A DNA stretch of 60,188 nt from a virus. Taxonomy: Duplodnaviria; Caudoviricetes. Location of the stretch: IMG/VR virus record IMGVR_UViG_3300020074_002050, positions 1 through 60,188 of that record. One strand, 5' to 3'. The position numbers were made by a program, and so were the translations under genes. Below, piece after piece: positions 45,240 through 55,066 of this stretch. Position 1 is the first letter of the stretch. Each line of letters opens with the position of its first letter. The notes beneath the pieces are model-generated. The model worked only from the letters and a program-made list of their open reading frames with translations, was not told the origin of the DNA and did no database searches.

Positions 45240-46241
45240 TTATTTATAGTTACCGCCTCTTTTCTGACGCTCACAATAATTTTTTTGAGAAAATCCTTTA
45301 GGGTTATCGCAATCAATTGATTTTTTATATTTCATGCTCCATCTAGATTTCATGTCTTTTTTTGGAGAATTATAAGCACCTTCTAAAGAGACAATTTGAT
45401 CTAATGTTTTTGTTAAAATATCACCTTCTTTGAAGTTTTCACCTTTGTTAATAACTTCGTAAGAAACTATTTTTCCCATATTATCAGGTAAATCTTTAAT
45501 TTCTTTGACAATACCTTCACTGTTATAATGTAAACATGAAGGGTTAATATTAATTATTCTCATTCCCGCTTTAATTTCTTCTTGATTATCTTCGTTGTCG
45601 TTTTCAATTTCATGAGAATATACTAAATAATTATAAACAGAAAATAAATAATCTTCCATAATGGTTATTTTGCTTTGAACCCACGGTTCAATTTTTTCTG
45701 CCATTGATGGATTAGTGCGAAGCTTTTCTAATAAATCTTTAGAATGATCAGCGATATAGGCTAATTGCGCCATAGCCATTTCGGCAGCTTCTTCATTAGT
45801 TTTTTCAGTGTTTGTTTCGATTTCTTCAGTAGTTTCTTGAGCATTTGATAAATAAGGTGTTAGTTTTAAAAGATCTGCTTCTTCCCATAAAGTAATTCCA
45901 TCCCATTGATGAACAATATCATCGATAGAACCTTTACTAGTGTAATCTGTAACTGACTTTTTAGATTCCCACATTTTGCAAGACCAATATCTAGCCTTCC
46001 AACGAGGGCCAGGGTTTGTATCGCATTGATGACGAGCGCGAAAATTTTTGCGGCGAGCAGGATCATCGCGTTTGATTTCCATATTTGGGTCACCGAAATT
46101 CACCTTTACAATATTTCCATTCTCATTTTTTACATAGACAGAGAATTTTTTTGGACCTTTAGGTGTTCTAAACGGCTTATTAAGGACTTTTTTGTCCTTA
46201 GAGGCGCGAATTTCATTACTTAGATTGACCGATATGTTCAT
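45240..46241 (-). CDS. Modular phage protein, possibly head-associated
   Basis: KKFSVYVK...FGDPNM...FRARHQC...ARYWSC; EPWVQSKIT; KYKKSIDCDNPKGFSQK. Confidence 0.7.
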   Translation of the reverse strand: MNISVNLSNEIRASKDKKVLNKPFRTPKGPKKFSVYVKNENGNIVKVNFGDPNMEIKRDDPARRKNFRARHQCDTNPGPRWKARYWSCKMWESKKSVTDYTSKGSIDDIVHQWDGITLWEEADLLKLTPYLSNAQETTEEIETNTEKTNEEAAEMAMAQLAYIADHSKDLLEKLRTNPSMAEKIEPWVQSKITIMEDYLFSVYNYLVYSHEIENDNEDNQEEIKAGMRIININPSCLHYNSEGIVKEIKDLPDNMGKIVSYEVINKGENFKEGDILTKTLDQIVSLEGAYNSPKKDMKSRWSMKYKKSIDCDNPKGFSQKNYCERQKRGGNYK

Positions 46242-46285
46242 TTTTTTGCTTCAGATTAATAAATCTTTAATTTAATTAACTGATT

Positions 46286-46435
46286 TTACTGTTCATCTGT
46301 TTCTTCTATATTAACAAAGTTTAAATTTAGTTCATCTTCTTTTACACCAAATTGTTGAAGATCAGAAAGAGCTTGTTGAAAATCTTCCTCTTCGTAATCA
46401 TTATAACCGAAAATATCAACTTCAATCGTATTCAT
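46286..46435 (-). CDS. Small acidic protein (49 aa, not in ORF track)
   Basis: MNTIEVDIFGYNDYEEEDF... Confidence 0.55.
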   Translation of the reverse strand: MNTIEVDIFGYNDYEEEDFQQALSDLQQFGVKEDELNLNFVNIEETDEQ

Positions 46436-46437
46436 AA

Positions 46438-46908
46438 TTAACTATTTGCGATATCTTGATCTGCACGACGATATGCGTCTTTGACTTTGCCGCCACTCTG
46501 CATTCTTAAAAATGTATTAACTCTTGCCATAGCCCAAGACGCTCTTGATTGTCCAGGTCTATGACTAGCACTAAAGGCTCCCAAACCTCTACGATAAACT
46601 TTCTTTAATTGACCTAAAGTTACTTTCTTGGAATGTTTGGCGTTATGATTTTTAACTTTGGTCTTTAAAGCGTTAATTACTTTTTCGCTAAAAGTTATTT
46701 CTGCTTTACTAACAAGTTGCTTATCATCTTTTCTTTTTAGAACTTCTTTTGCACGTTCCTTTGCGTCTGGAGATGTTCCAGCAGATCCCGGTTCATTGAC
46801 GCTAGACCCTTTTTTACGCTCGTCTGGTTTTGCTGGAGTTTGTGCAGAGCTTTTTGGGCCTTGCCTTTTTTTAGCAATAAGCTCAGATAAATCTACTAAT
46901 ATGTTCAT
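46438..46908 (-). CDS. Basic phage protein (DUF5824-like)
   Basis: LKKVYRRGLGAF..SHRPG...WAMARVN. Confidence 0.7.
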   Translation of the reverse strand: MNILVDLSELIAKKRQGPKSSAQTPAKPDERKKGSSVNEPGSAGTSPDAKERAKEVLKRKDDKQLVSKAEITFSEKVINALKTKVKNHNAKHSKKVTLGQLKKVYRRGLGAFSASHRPGQSRASWAMARVNTFLRMQSGGKVKDAYRRADQDIANS

Positions 46909-46948
46909 AAATAAAATTACACATAATTGTAAATAGATAGAAAAAATG

Positions 46949-46972
46949 AAAGCCGCTTTTTAGGGCGGCTTT
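46949..46972 (-). terminator. Intrinsic terminator
   Basis: AAAGCCGC...GCGGCTTT. Confidence 0.6.
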
Positions 46973-46989
46973 CTTGGGTTTATTTTTTA

Positions 46990-47094
46990 TTACTTCTTCT
47001 TGCCACCACTTGGCTTTGCTGGAGCGGCTGGCTTTGCGGCTGATTTTGCGGTCTTGGTTGAAGCTGTAAATGTCCTTGCTGATGTCTTGTTCAT
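46990..47094 (-). CDS. 34-aa Lys/Ala/Pro-rich basic peptide
   Basis: MNKTSART...AAKPAAPAKPSGGKKK; promoter TTGAAA-N16-TAACAT at 47114-47141; own terminator. Confidence 0.55.
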   Translation of the reverse strand: MNKTSARTFTASTKTAKSAAKPAAPAKPSGGKKK

Positions 47095-47147
47095 ATTATT
47101 GTATATGTGATTTATGTTATATTTGAGTGAAAATATTTCAACTTTTT

Positions 47148-49130
47148 TTATCGAATTGGACAAGCTCCAGTAGAGCATTCGGCTATATCAAGCATTTCAT
47201 TACTGTTTGAGGAGCTTGTTATCAATGGCTTGACTTTGCTGATGGCGGCAAGATATGTAGATTCATCAATTTCTTGATATGGGGCTTGCTTGAACCCGTG
47301 ATCTTTAAATAGCAAAAAGCTAACGCTCTTGATATTATGCTCGTAATTATTCTTAAGCCAAGCTTTCAAATCGTTTAACTCTTCTGGCTTGTAATAAGCG
47401 GTAACTGAAACAGCATTATCAGACCAGACAGTTTGAAGCTTCTTGACCATATCTAGCTGTTTAATTACATCCATATCTTTTGTAAGAATTGATCCTTCGG
47501 GAGTCTTGCATGGAAAATAAACAACAACTGTATCGCGATTCTCAGTGCCATCAAAATTAACTAAAAATTCTACATGATAACCCATGTCTTTGCAAATCTG
47601 TACTAAAGCATCGCTGCTGGACATGCGTACAGTTCGCATATAATATTTAGAGAATGCTGGATGAACACCGGGAGTAGCGCCACCAAGTAAACTTAGCGTT
47701 CCACTAGGCTTTACTGTGGTAAGTTTAATGCTTTCAGACCATCCACGCTTTGCGCTCCATTCTTTGTCGAACTTGCGTAAAGAGACGTAACAGTCATCAA
47801 GCCAATCAAGCTTATCAAGAGACTGGCAAACGCCAGTAACGCCAAGACCAAGACGCATATTCTTGTGAACGATACGATTGGTTTCTTCATGAATAAAAGG
47901 AAGCGCAGCGATAGCTTTTTGAGTCTTATAAAGTAGTTTTGCACAATCAATCAACTCTTCTTTCGAAGTAATATTATTAAGATACAGTTCACAAAGATTG
48001 CAGCACTCATAATTAGAAAGACTTATTTCAGCGCAAGGATTGGTCATCTCACAATTGTCTATATCTGTTGGATAAAGTAGATTCTGTGAGATTGGCCCAT
48101 CCTTAATGCGACCAAACTTTTGAGAAAGGGGAAGATTAAATAATCCATAAGGTTCACCGTTTGCATAGCCAGAATCTTTATTGATCTCATATCCATTCTT
48201 CCAAATCTCATCAAGAACGTGATCGAAACTATCAGCATAAATAGTATTGTTACTCATCGCTCGCCAATTTGGCACGTTTCCAGAACCCCAATTCTTAGCG
48301 CGAAGATAGAGAATATCATCTGGATCACCGAGAGCGATTTCAGCACTACGACGAACGTTGCCAGCTACAACAATACTACCAATAATATTACAAATATCTA
48401 AAACATCGATTGAACGAAGTTTCTTACCTTCTCTAGCTTGGAAAATTTTTGTAATTTTATCGATTCCATCAATAAGGATTTGTGGACCACTAGCCTTTCC
48501 GCCAAAACCTTTGATTGACTCACCATAACCTCTGATGAGAATTGTGGAATAAGAAAACGATTTACCAGTGACGTAAAACGCGTCCAAAACTTTAGAAAGA
48601 AGGTTAACCCAGCCTTCACGCTTGTCAGGTACGATGATATCGGCATCTTTAGTAGCTTCATGAATGACATTTACACCTTTTTTAATCTTGGGAAGTTCGT
48701 GAACGTCTTCGCGACGAATACTATAACCAACACCGCCACCAAGCATCAAATTTTCAAAAAGAAACAAAAATGCTTTTGGCTCACGCATTGCTGTCGCCCA
48801 GCAATTTAAAAGTGAATTAGCGCCAAAACGATCCACGGTTGATGTGCCAAGCTGCCACAACATTCGACCAGCAAAATTGCATTTCAAATTAAAAACGTAA
48901 TCATATATACGTTCGGCTTCTTCTCTTGTGTATCCTGCGCCAATTTTTTGCGCGCCATTTATACAACGCTCGACTGTTTCAAACCATTCTTCGGTAGTAC
49001 CGTCATCTTTTAAACGAGCATATGTTCTTTTATAGACTATATATCCTAATCCATTGAAACCCCAGTTGGGTTGCTTGTTTTTATAATTTGATAAAAATTC
49101 TGGCGTGAGAAGCGGTAAATGATTGCTCAT
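47148..49130 (-). CDS. nrdJ: Class II (B12-dependent, monomeric-type) ribonucleotide reductase
   Basis: YKRTYAR, LLNC, GNVRRSA, TNPCAE, CNL, TVKPSGT, C-terminal CSTGACPIR. Confidence 0.92.
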   Translation of the reverse strand: MSNHLPLLTPEFLSNYKNKQPNWGFNGLGYIVYKRTYARLKDDGTTEEWFETVERCINGAQKIGAGYTREEAERIYDYVFNLKCNFAGRMLWQLGTSTVDRFGANSLLNCWATAMREPKAFLFLFENLMLGGGVGYSIRREDVHELPKIKKGVNVIHEATKDADIIVPDKREGWVNLLSKVLDAFYVTGKSFSYSTILIRGYGESIKGFGGKASGPQILIDGIDKITKIFQAREGKKLRSIDVLDICNIIGSIVVAGNVRRSAEIALGDPDDILYLRAKNWGSGNVPNWRAMSNNTIYADSFDHVLDEIWKNGYEINKDSGYANGEPYGLFNLPLSQKFGRIKDGPISQNLLYPTDIDNCEMTNPCAEISLSNYECCNLCELYLNNITSKEELIDCAKLLYKTQKAIAALPFIHEETNRIVHKNMRLGLGVTGVCQSLDKLDWLDDCYVSLRKFDKEWSAKRGWSESIKLTTVKPSGTLSLLGGATPGVHPAFSKYYMRTVRMSSSDALVQICKDMGYHVEFLVNFDGTENRDTVVVYFPCKTPEGSILTKDMDVIKQLDMVKKLQTVWSDNAVSVTAYYKPEELNDLKAWLKNNYEHNIKSVSFLLFKDHGFKQAPYQEIDESTYLAAISKVKPLITSSSNSNEMLDIAECSTGACPIR

Positions 49131-49148
49131 GGTAAATTTAATTATACA

Positions 49149-50204
49149 CTAGATTTTAAAATTATCTATGTCGTACTTTACCATACGTTCTACGAGGTTG
49201 TCAAAGGAAATTTTCGGCTTCCAACCTAATTCTTCTCTCGCCAAATTTGAGTCACCGAGAAGGAGTTCAACTTCTGCTGGTCTATAAAATTTAGGATTAA
49301 TTTTTACCAAAACAGATGAACAAACTTCATGTTCCTCCATTATATAATTAGGTAGACTCAATTCTTCATTTGTACCTTGACCGTGCCAAATACCATCAAC
49401 ATTAGCTACAGTAAACGCTTTATTAATAAATTCTCTGATCGTATGAGTCTCATTTGAAGAAAGAATGTAATCTTTTGGTTTTTGTTGGTTCAGCATTTTC
49501 CATACTCCATCGACGAAATCTTCAGAATCTGACCAGTCTCTCTTCGCGTCCAAATTTCCTAATTCAATCGGAGCGAATGGTTTTCTATTTCTAATGCTAT
49601 GTTTTATGCGAGCTACACCTTTCGTAATTTTTCTAGTTACAAATTCTTCGCCTCGTTTTGTTCCTTCGTGATTAAAAAGAATACCATGAACGGCATATAA
49701 ATTATAAGATTCGCGATAAACTTTAACAAGATGTCGAGCGGCAGCTTTACTTGCGCCGTAAGGACTTCTAGGTCTAACTGGATGTAAAACGTCTTGAGGA
49801 CTGTATTGTACGTCTCCAAACTCTTCGCTGGACCCAGCGGAATAAAAACGACACTTTGGTTGAAAACGGCGAATAGCTTCAAGACACCTAACTACGCCAG
49901 TAGCATTTGCATCAAATGTTTGCAAAGGTATTTCCCAACTGCATCCAACAAATGATTGTGCTCCGAAATTTATAAAATAATCAGGTTTAATTTCATTCAC
50001 TAAACTATCTAAACTAACGCTGTCAGTTAAATCGCCATATATAAATCGAAATCTCTTATTATCTATAAAGTTTGTACAATTTATAAAATTAGGATTAGCG
50101 GTTCTACGCATCATTCCGAAAATATTCGCATCAGTATTTTGAAGCAAATATTCTACCATGTTTGCTCCATCTTGGCCTAGAATGCCTGTTACTATTACTT
50201 TCAT
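49149..50204 (-). CDS. gmd: GDP-mannose 4,6-dehydratase
   Basis: TGILGQDG, AQSFV, SSEEFG, PRSPYGASK, LFNHE, FVTRKIT, LGNLDAKRDW. Confidence 0.95.
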   Translation of the reverse strand: MKVIVTGILGQDGANMVEYLLQNTDANIFGMMRRTANPNFINCTNFIDNKRFRFIYGDLTDSVSLDSLVNEIKPDYFINFGAQSFVGCSWEIPLQTFDANATGVVRCLEAIRRFQPKCRFYSAGSSEEFGDVQYSPQDVLHPVRPRSPYGASKAAARHLVKVYRESYNLYAVHGILFNHEGTKRGEEFVTRKITKGVARIKHSIRNRKPFAPIELGNLDAKRDWSDSEDFVDGVWKMLNQQKPKDYILSSNETHTIREFINKAFTVANVDGIWHGQGTNEELSLPNYIMEEHEVCSSVLVKINPKFYRPAEVELLLGDSNLAREELGWKPKISFDNLVERMVKYDIDNFKI

Positions 50205-50205
50205 A

Positions 50206-51357
50206 TTATAGATTGTTTAAATAATTAGTTAATTTTATAATATTTTCTTTTGTTACTTTTGAATGTAGTCCTACATAAAAAGAGTTATTGTGTAAATATT
50301 CGCTATTTTTAAAGTTCTTGTAGTCGTCATATTGTTTATAGCAGGTCTGCTTCAAAAGGTTACCAGAAATAATTGGGCGGCTTTCTATTTCATTATCATT
50401 GCAGAACTTGATTGCTAGATTTCTTTTTTCTGAATTTTCACAAAATATGGGAAAACAAAATGGAACATGACCAAACTTATTAGTTATATTAGGTAGATAT
50501 AAAGAATTATTTAATGATTGTTTGTATATGTTATATAGATTAATTCTTTTATTAGTAAGCTCTTCGATTCTGTTAAAATCCAATAAACCAATGAAAGCAT
50601 TTATATCTGTGTTTCTAAAATTGCTTCCTAGAAAATAGAAATCAAATCTACTATCAACATCTTTATTAATATATTTTTCTGGATTCTTGACACTTCTTGT
50701 CATTCCATGATTACGAGCCATTAAAAAATATTCGTATTCTTCATCATCGTTTGTAAATATAAATCCGCCTTCTACACTCTGTAATTGGTGGCCGAAATAT
50801 GTGCTTGTGGTACTAGTAAAAAATGATGAAACATTTTTTAAATAAAACTTACCAAAAGTATTTTCGCAATTGTCCATCATGATTTTTACTTTATGATTTT
50901 CAGCGATATGCGATAATTTATCCATATCTGGAACAAAACCTATTAAACTCGTTATAAAAACACATGATACTGAATCGCGCTCTTTCTCTAAAACTAAATC
51001 TAATAAATCTAAATCCATAGCAAAATCTTTGAGCGAGACATCAATGAACAAAGGTTCAAACCCTTCTCTCAGAAATGGAGCAATTGAAGTGGTCCAAGTG
51101 GTAGATGGAAAAATAATCTTCTTTTTTTGTTCGGTGTAAAACTTGTCTTTTAAATGCATTGCCAAAATAGTATTGGCAGTCGATCCACTAGATACGAAAA
51201 CGGCGTGTTTACATCCAATGTATGCAGCCATTTTCTTTTCGAAAGAAGTAACTTGTTTACTCATCGTCCAAAAGTTATTTGGGTTTAGTATAAACTTAGC
51301 AATTTTTAGTCTATCTAAAAAAGAAAAGTTAGAATCATTTAGTTTCCAAGCACTCAT
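50206..51357 (-). CDS. PLP-dependent ColD-like GDP-4-keto-6-deoxymannose 3-dehydratase
   Basis: DegT fold; FGHQLQSVEGG has His at the catalytic Lys position; RNHGMTR. Confidence 0.75.
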   Translation of the reverse strand: MSAWKLNDSNFSFLDRLKIAKFILNPNNFWTMSKQVTSFEKKMAAYIGCKHAVFVSSGSTANTILAMHLKDKFYTEQKKKIIFPSTTWTTSIAPFLREGFEPLFIDVSLKDFAMDLDLLDLVLEKERDSVSCVFITSLIGFVPDMDKLSHIAENHKVKIMMDNCENTFGKFYLKNVSSFFTSTTSTYFGHQLQSVEGGFIFTNDDEEYEYFLMARNHGMTRSVKNPEKYINKDVDSRFDFYFLGSNFRNTDINAFIGLLDFNRIEELTNKRINLYNIYKQSLNNSLYLPNITNKFGHVPFCFPIFCENSEKRNLAIKFCNDNEIESRPIISGNLLKQTCYKQYDDYKNFKNSEYLHNNSFYVGLHSKVTKENIIKLTNYLNNL

Positions 51358-52259
51358 TTGTATTTGATATTATAAGTTTTTTGTATTCCTTCAAATAACG
51401 AAGTAAATTTAAAATCAGGAAAATCATTTAAAAACTTAACAGATGAAGCGTCTTTTCTAAATTGACCATCTGGCTTTGATCTGTCCCATTTAATTTTTAG
51501 ATGTTCAGCATCACAAGCTTTCAACGCTATTTTAGCAATTTGTTCGATGTTTTTATTTTCAGGAGTACAAATATTATAATTATAAGCATTTTTTTTATTG
51601 ATTGTTTTTATAATCGCTTCAGCAAGATCTCCAGCGTACATAAATTGTCTTAACGGTTTTCCAGAACCAAACAACTGAATATATTTTTCATTATTTATTT
51701 TAGCATTATGAATTTTATTGATAAGACTAGACAGAAAATGAGCCTTGTCGCCTTCAAAATGATCATGTTCGGAATATAGATTACAAGGAATTAAAGAACT
51801 GTATTCTGTTTTATTTTGTTTGTTATAAGCGTCTATTTGAACGGCTAAACATCTTTTTGCATATCCATAAGCGAAATTTGTTGGTGTTGGAGGTCCATTA
51901 TGAAGCATTTCTTCATTAATTGGATATTCACTTTTCTTTAATTTGTCAGGATAAATACATGTGCTAAGGACTCCAATAAATTTAGAAGCTCCGCATTCAT
52001 ATGTGGCTTTTACAGTGTTGGTATTAATTAGTATGTTATCATCAAAAAAACCTACTGGATTTTTGATATTATCCATAATACCGCCAACTTTTGCGGCCAA
52101 ATGAATAACTGCTTGAGGCTTTACCTGTTTAAAAAGCTTAGATGTTTGTTCAAAATTTTGAAGATCACATTCTTTACTGCTTAAATATATAGCTTTCGGC
52201 AAAACTTTTTGTAAATGTTTGCCGACCATGCTTGATCCGCCAGTAACTAGAATTGTCAT
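51354..52259 (-). CDS. GDP-L-fucose/colitose synthase (Fcl/ColC-like)
   Basis: HLAAKVGGI, STCIYP, YGYAKR, PCNLY, GSGKPLRQF, KPDGQ. Confidence 0.88.
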   Translation of the reverse strand: MTILVTGGSSMVGKHLQKVLPKAIYLSSKECDLQNFEQTSKLFKQVKPQAVIHLAAKVGGIMDNIKNPVGFFDDNILINTNTVKATYECGASKFIGVLSTCIYPDKLKKSEYPINEEMLHNGPPTPTNFAYGYAKRCLAVQIDAYNKQNKTEYSSLIPCNLYSEHDHFEGDKAHFLSSLINKIHNAKINNEKYIQLFGSGKPLRQFMYAGDLAEAIIKTINKKNAYNYNICTPENKNIEQIAKIALKACDAEHLKIKWDRSKPDGQFRKDASSVKFLNDFPDFKFTSLFEGIQKTYNIKYK

Positions 52260-53140
52260 ATAGTAAATTTTTCTTTAAAGAAATTTCCACAATTACATTC
52301 GTTTGTGAAAAAATCTTTTGTTTGTTGGTTGAAGCCGTTTTCAATCCAACAATTTATAATTTTTTCAAAATCTGTTTCTGATAATATACTGGATAGTCCT
52401 TCGCAATAATGCCAGAGTTTTATTTGTTTAGATTTTAAACAATTTTCATGAACGCTAGTATAAAGTTTTTTATCTTGAACTTCAAATAAATTAGTATATT
52501 TAAACCAAGGTTTTTCGCCTGACTTTTCCGTAGTATTACCTTTAGACCTTGTATTATAAACTATATTTGAATTTTCATAATCTCCATCAACTATTTTATT
52601 AGTATATTTATTTTGTATATTACATATATAATTTAAAGCGCCTTGTTCAGCATATTCATTAGTCATCCATCTGCTACAGTTTAGTGTTTCTTCTAAAGCT
52701 TTTATATTATTAAAACAAACTGCATCTGCGTTAATGTGATCGTTTTTTGAAAAAGATAAAGCGAGTGAAGAAATAGAATTTATAACGCCTTTACGGACTT
52801 GTTCGCAAGGTATAGTGTGCATACATAGTTGATAAGGATAATCAAGAGTTGACAAAATATCATATTCATTATTATCTAAAAACTCATCTAATCTTGAACA
52901 AGTTATAGTATCTGCTCCTAAAATAATTATTTTTTGTATATTTTCTTGAGAAGCAGCTAATTTTGCAAAAAGAAATTTTTTGTATCCGCTAGATATTTTT
53001 ATGTTTTCAAGCTGATTGTTTTGAGAACTGTATACACAAATAGGAATATCTGGATGAAATTTTTTAAAACTGTTAATAGCGCATTCTTGTAATTTGTCGT
53101 ATTTAGGAGAGTCTGAATATATGAAACATGCTGTTCTCAT
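52256..53140 (-). CDS. Glycosyltransferase-like protein (GT8-like)
   Basis: LGADT, INAD, EQGALN, WHY. Confidence 0.5.
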   Translation of the reverse strand: MRTACFIYSDSPKYDKLQECAINSFKKFHPDIPICVYSSQNNQLENIKISSGYKKFLFAKLAASQENIQKIIILGADTITCSRLDEFLDNNEYDILSTLDYPYQLCMHTIPCEQVRKGVINSISSLALSFSKNDHINADAVCFNNIKALEETLNCSRWMTNEYAEQGALNYICNIQNKYTNKIVDGDYENSNIVYNTRSKGNTTEKSGEKPWFKYTNLFEVQDKKLYTSVHENCLKSKQIKLWHYCEGLSSILSETDFEKIINCWIENGFNQQTKDFFTNECNCGNFFKEKFTI

Positions 53141-53958
53141 TTTATGTTAATTATAGTTTTTTGTATACCTGTTTCTAAACCTTGTAAATTTATAGGCAAA
53201 GAAAGTATTTTCTTGAAATCTCCATTGTAATTTAATCCTTGGGGATTTTGAATGACTATTTTGCTTTGAGATTTATTGAAATATATGATTTTTTTAGCAA
53301 TTTCAGATAACTTATTTTTATGCTCATAACTCAAGTTAATATCAGATACAGAATGATCAAAAAATAAAAAATGTTTTATGGTTGATATTAGATCGTTTAA
53401 ATAAAAAAAATCCATGATTTTATCTTCATGAACTATGATATCTTCGTTGTTGAAACTTTTTAAAATACAGCTTTTTATGAATCTAGTATTTAATTCATTT
53501 TCGTCAAAGCAACCAAATATTCTTAAATTTAAGAAATTATTCGTAGTTAATACTTTTTTAGCTATTATATTTTTAGATAAACCATAATAATCTTTGGGTA
53601 TTCTATTAAAAATAATTTCTTCATCCGCTAAATTGATGTCAGTTTGTCTGTCAAACTCCGCTCCAGAAGCTAGATTGATTACTTTATGTAATAAGTTTTT
53701 ACAATAATAAAGATTTTCAAAAATTAAAATATTATTGAAAAAAGTATTTGCATCATCAATTTTCAATCTGTTGCCACCTTCTATAGCGCAATGAATAATG
53801 GCGTCTATTTTATTTTCTTTAATAAAAGTTTTGACGCATTCTTTATCTAATAAATTTATTGTTTGTCTGTTTCCGTGAAAAAATACAACATTTGCAATTT
53901 TAGAATTTAAAATTGATTTCCCTATGTAACCATTTGATCCAGTTATTAATACATTCAT
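53137..53958 (-). CDS. NAD-dependent epimerase/reductase
   Basis: TGSNGYIG, SGAE, YGLSK. Confidence 0.85.
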   Translation of the reverse strand: MNVLITGSNGYIGKSILNSKIANVVFFHGNRQTINLLDKECVKTFIKENKIDAIIHCAIEGGNRLKIDDANTFFNNILIFENLYYCKNLLHKVINLASGAEFDRQTDINLADEEIIFNRIPKDYYGLSKNIIAKKVLTTNNFLNLRIFGCFDENELNTRFIKSCILKSFNNEDIIVHEDKIMDFFYLNDLISTIKHFLFFDHSVSDINLSYEHKNKLSEIAKKIIYFNKSQSKIVIQNPQGLNYNGDFKKILSLPINLQGLETGIQKTIINIK

Positions 53959-54431
53959 TTTTTTAAATTCATGTAAGATGGAAAATTATTATATAATAAA
54001 TCGATAGATTCTTCGTGCAGATTTTTTATATTTTCTGGTTTATAAAACTTAATATTATCAAAACATTTCATTACTTTTTCATCGTCTTCGGCCCAGTGAG
54101 AAAAACCTAAATATCCATAATCTTTATTTCTGCCGCCTCCAATTAATTTAACAGGAATTTTTTCATGATCTAAATAATTTCTAATAAATTCAAATGGTCT
54201 ATATAATAAAAAAGGAGTGATAGAATAACAAACAGGTATCTTTTTTTCCAAAGCTATTCCTACGGAAGCGCCAATCATCAATTGTTCGGAAGACATTACA
54301 TTATAAGATCTATCGGGAAAAGAGTTTCTTATCTCGTCCCATAAACCATAACCTAAGTCAGCGGTCAGAAAATAGATATTTTTATTTTTATGCATTTCTT
54401 GAAGCAATATATTACTAAAGTTTTTTCTCAT
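53955..54431 (-). CDS. Transketolase-like, pyrimidine-binding subunit
   Basis: TADLG, SEQLMIG, RPFEFIR, GFSH. Confidence 0.85.
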   Translation of the reverse strand: MRKNFSNILLQEMHKNKNIYFLTADLGYGLWDEIRNSFPDRSYNVMSSEQLMIGASVGIALEKKIPVCYSITPFLLYRPFEFIRNYLDHEKIPVKLIGGGRNKDYGYLGFSHWAEDDEKVMKCFDNIKFYKPENIKNLHEESIDLLYNNFPSYMNLKK

Positions 54432-55066
54432 GTAAGTATATCGTTGGCTATAGTATAATCATTTTCTGACATTATATGATAATGAGCATTAAGTTTTTTT
54501 AAAAATGGAAAAAAATCTCCGTTTGTTAAATGAAATTTTATTTCTGGTAAGAAAGAAACTAATCTTTGTTTTAAATATTCTGTATTTATATCGTCATAAG
54601 CAGCATATCCATTGCAAGAACAATGGATTTCGATATTTTGAATATTTTTTTCTTTTATAAACCGAAGAGATTCCCAAACAGAACCTTCAGCAGTTTCTCC
54701 GTCACTTATTAAACAATAAACTTTCCTATTGGGATTTGAAATAGCTCTTCCTATTGCAACTGTAATCCCCATTCCTAAACTTCCAGTTGAGCAATAAATT
54801 TTATTATCTTCGTCAAGATGTGGATGTCCGCCGTGTTTATCAAAAAGAAATTCGGCATTAATTCCATAATACTTTTCTATAACGCAATACAAAGCTAGAG
54901 ATGCGTGTCCACAAGATAAAATAAAAATATCGTCATTTTTTTTATTCTTGAAAATGTCATCTATAATATCTAAGCAAGAAAAATAACTTCCTAAATGACT
55001 TAATTTATATTTATAAGCTAAATTTATGATTCTTTTAACAAGTGTTTTATTATTTTCTGTTACCAT
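54428..55066 (-). CDS. Transketolase-like, TPP-binding subunit
   Basis: HLGS, LSCGH, STGSLG, SDGE..EGSVWE. Confidence 0.88.
   Translation of the reverse strand: MVTENNKTLVKRIINLAYKYKLSHLGSYFSCLDIIDDIFKNKKNDDIFILSCGHASLALYCVIEKYYGINAEFLFDKHGGHPHLDEDNKIYCSTGSLGMGITVAIGRAISNPNRKVYCLISDGETAEGSVWESLRFIKEKNIQNIEIHCSCNGYAAYDDINTEYLKQRLVSFLPEIKFHLTNGDFFPFLKKLNAHYHIMSENDYTIANDILT

Noticed and set aside
34931-49130. Inteins or introns in dnaE, dnaB, recA or nrdJ
   Set aside because: Lengths are compact and no splice-junction or homing-endonuclease motifs were seen
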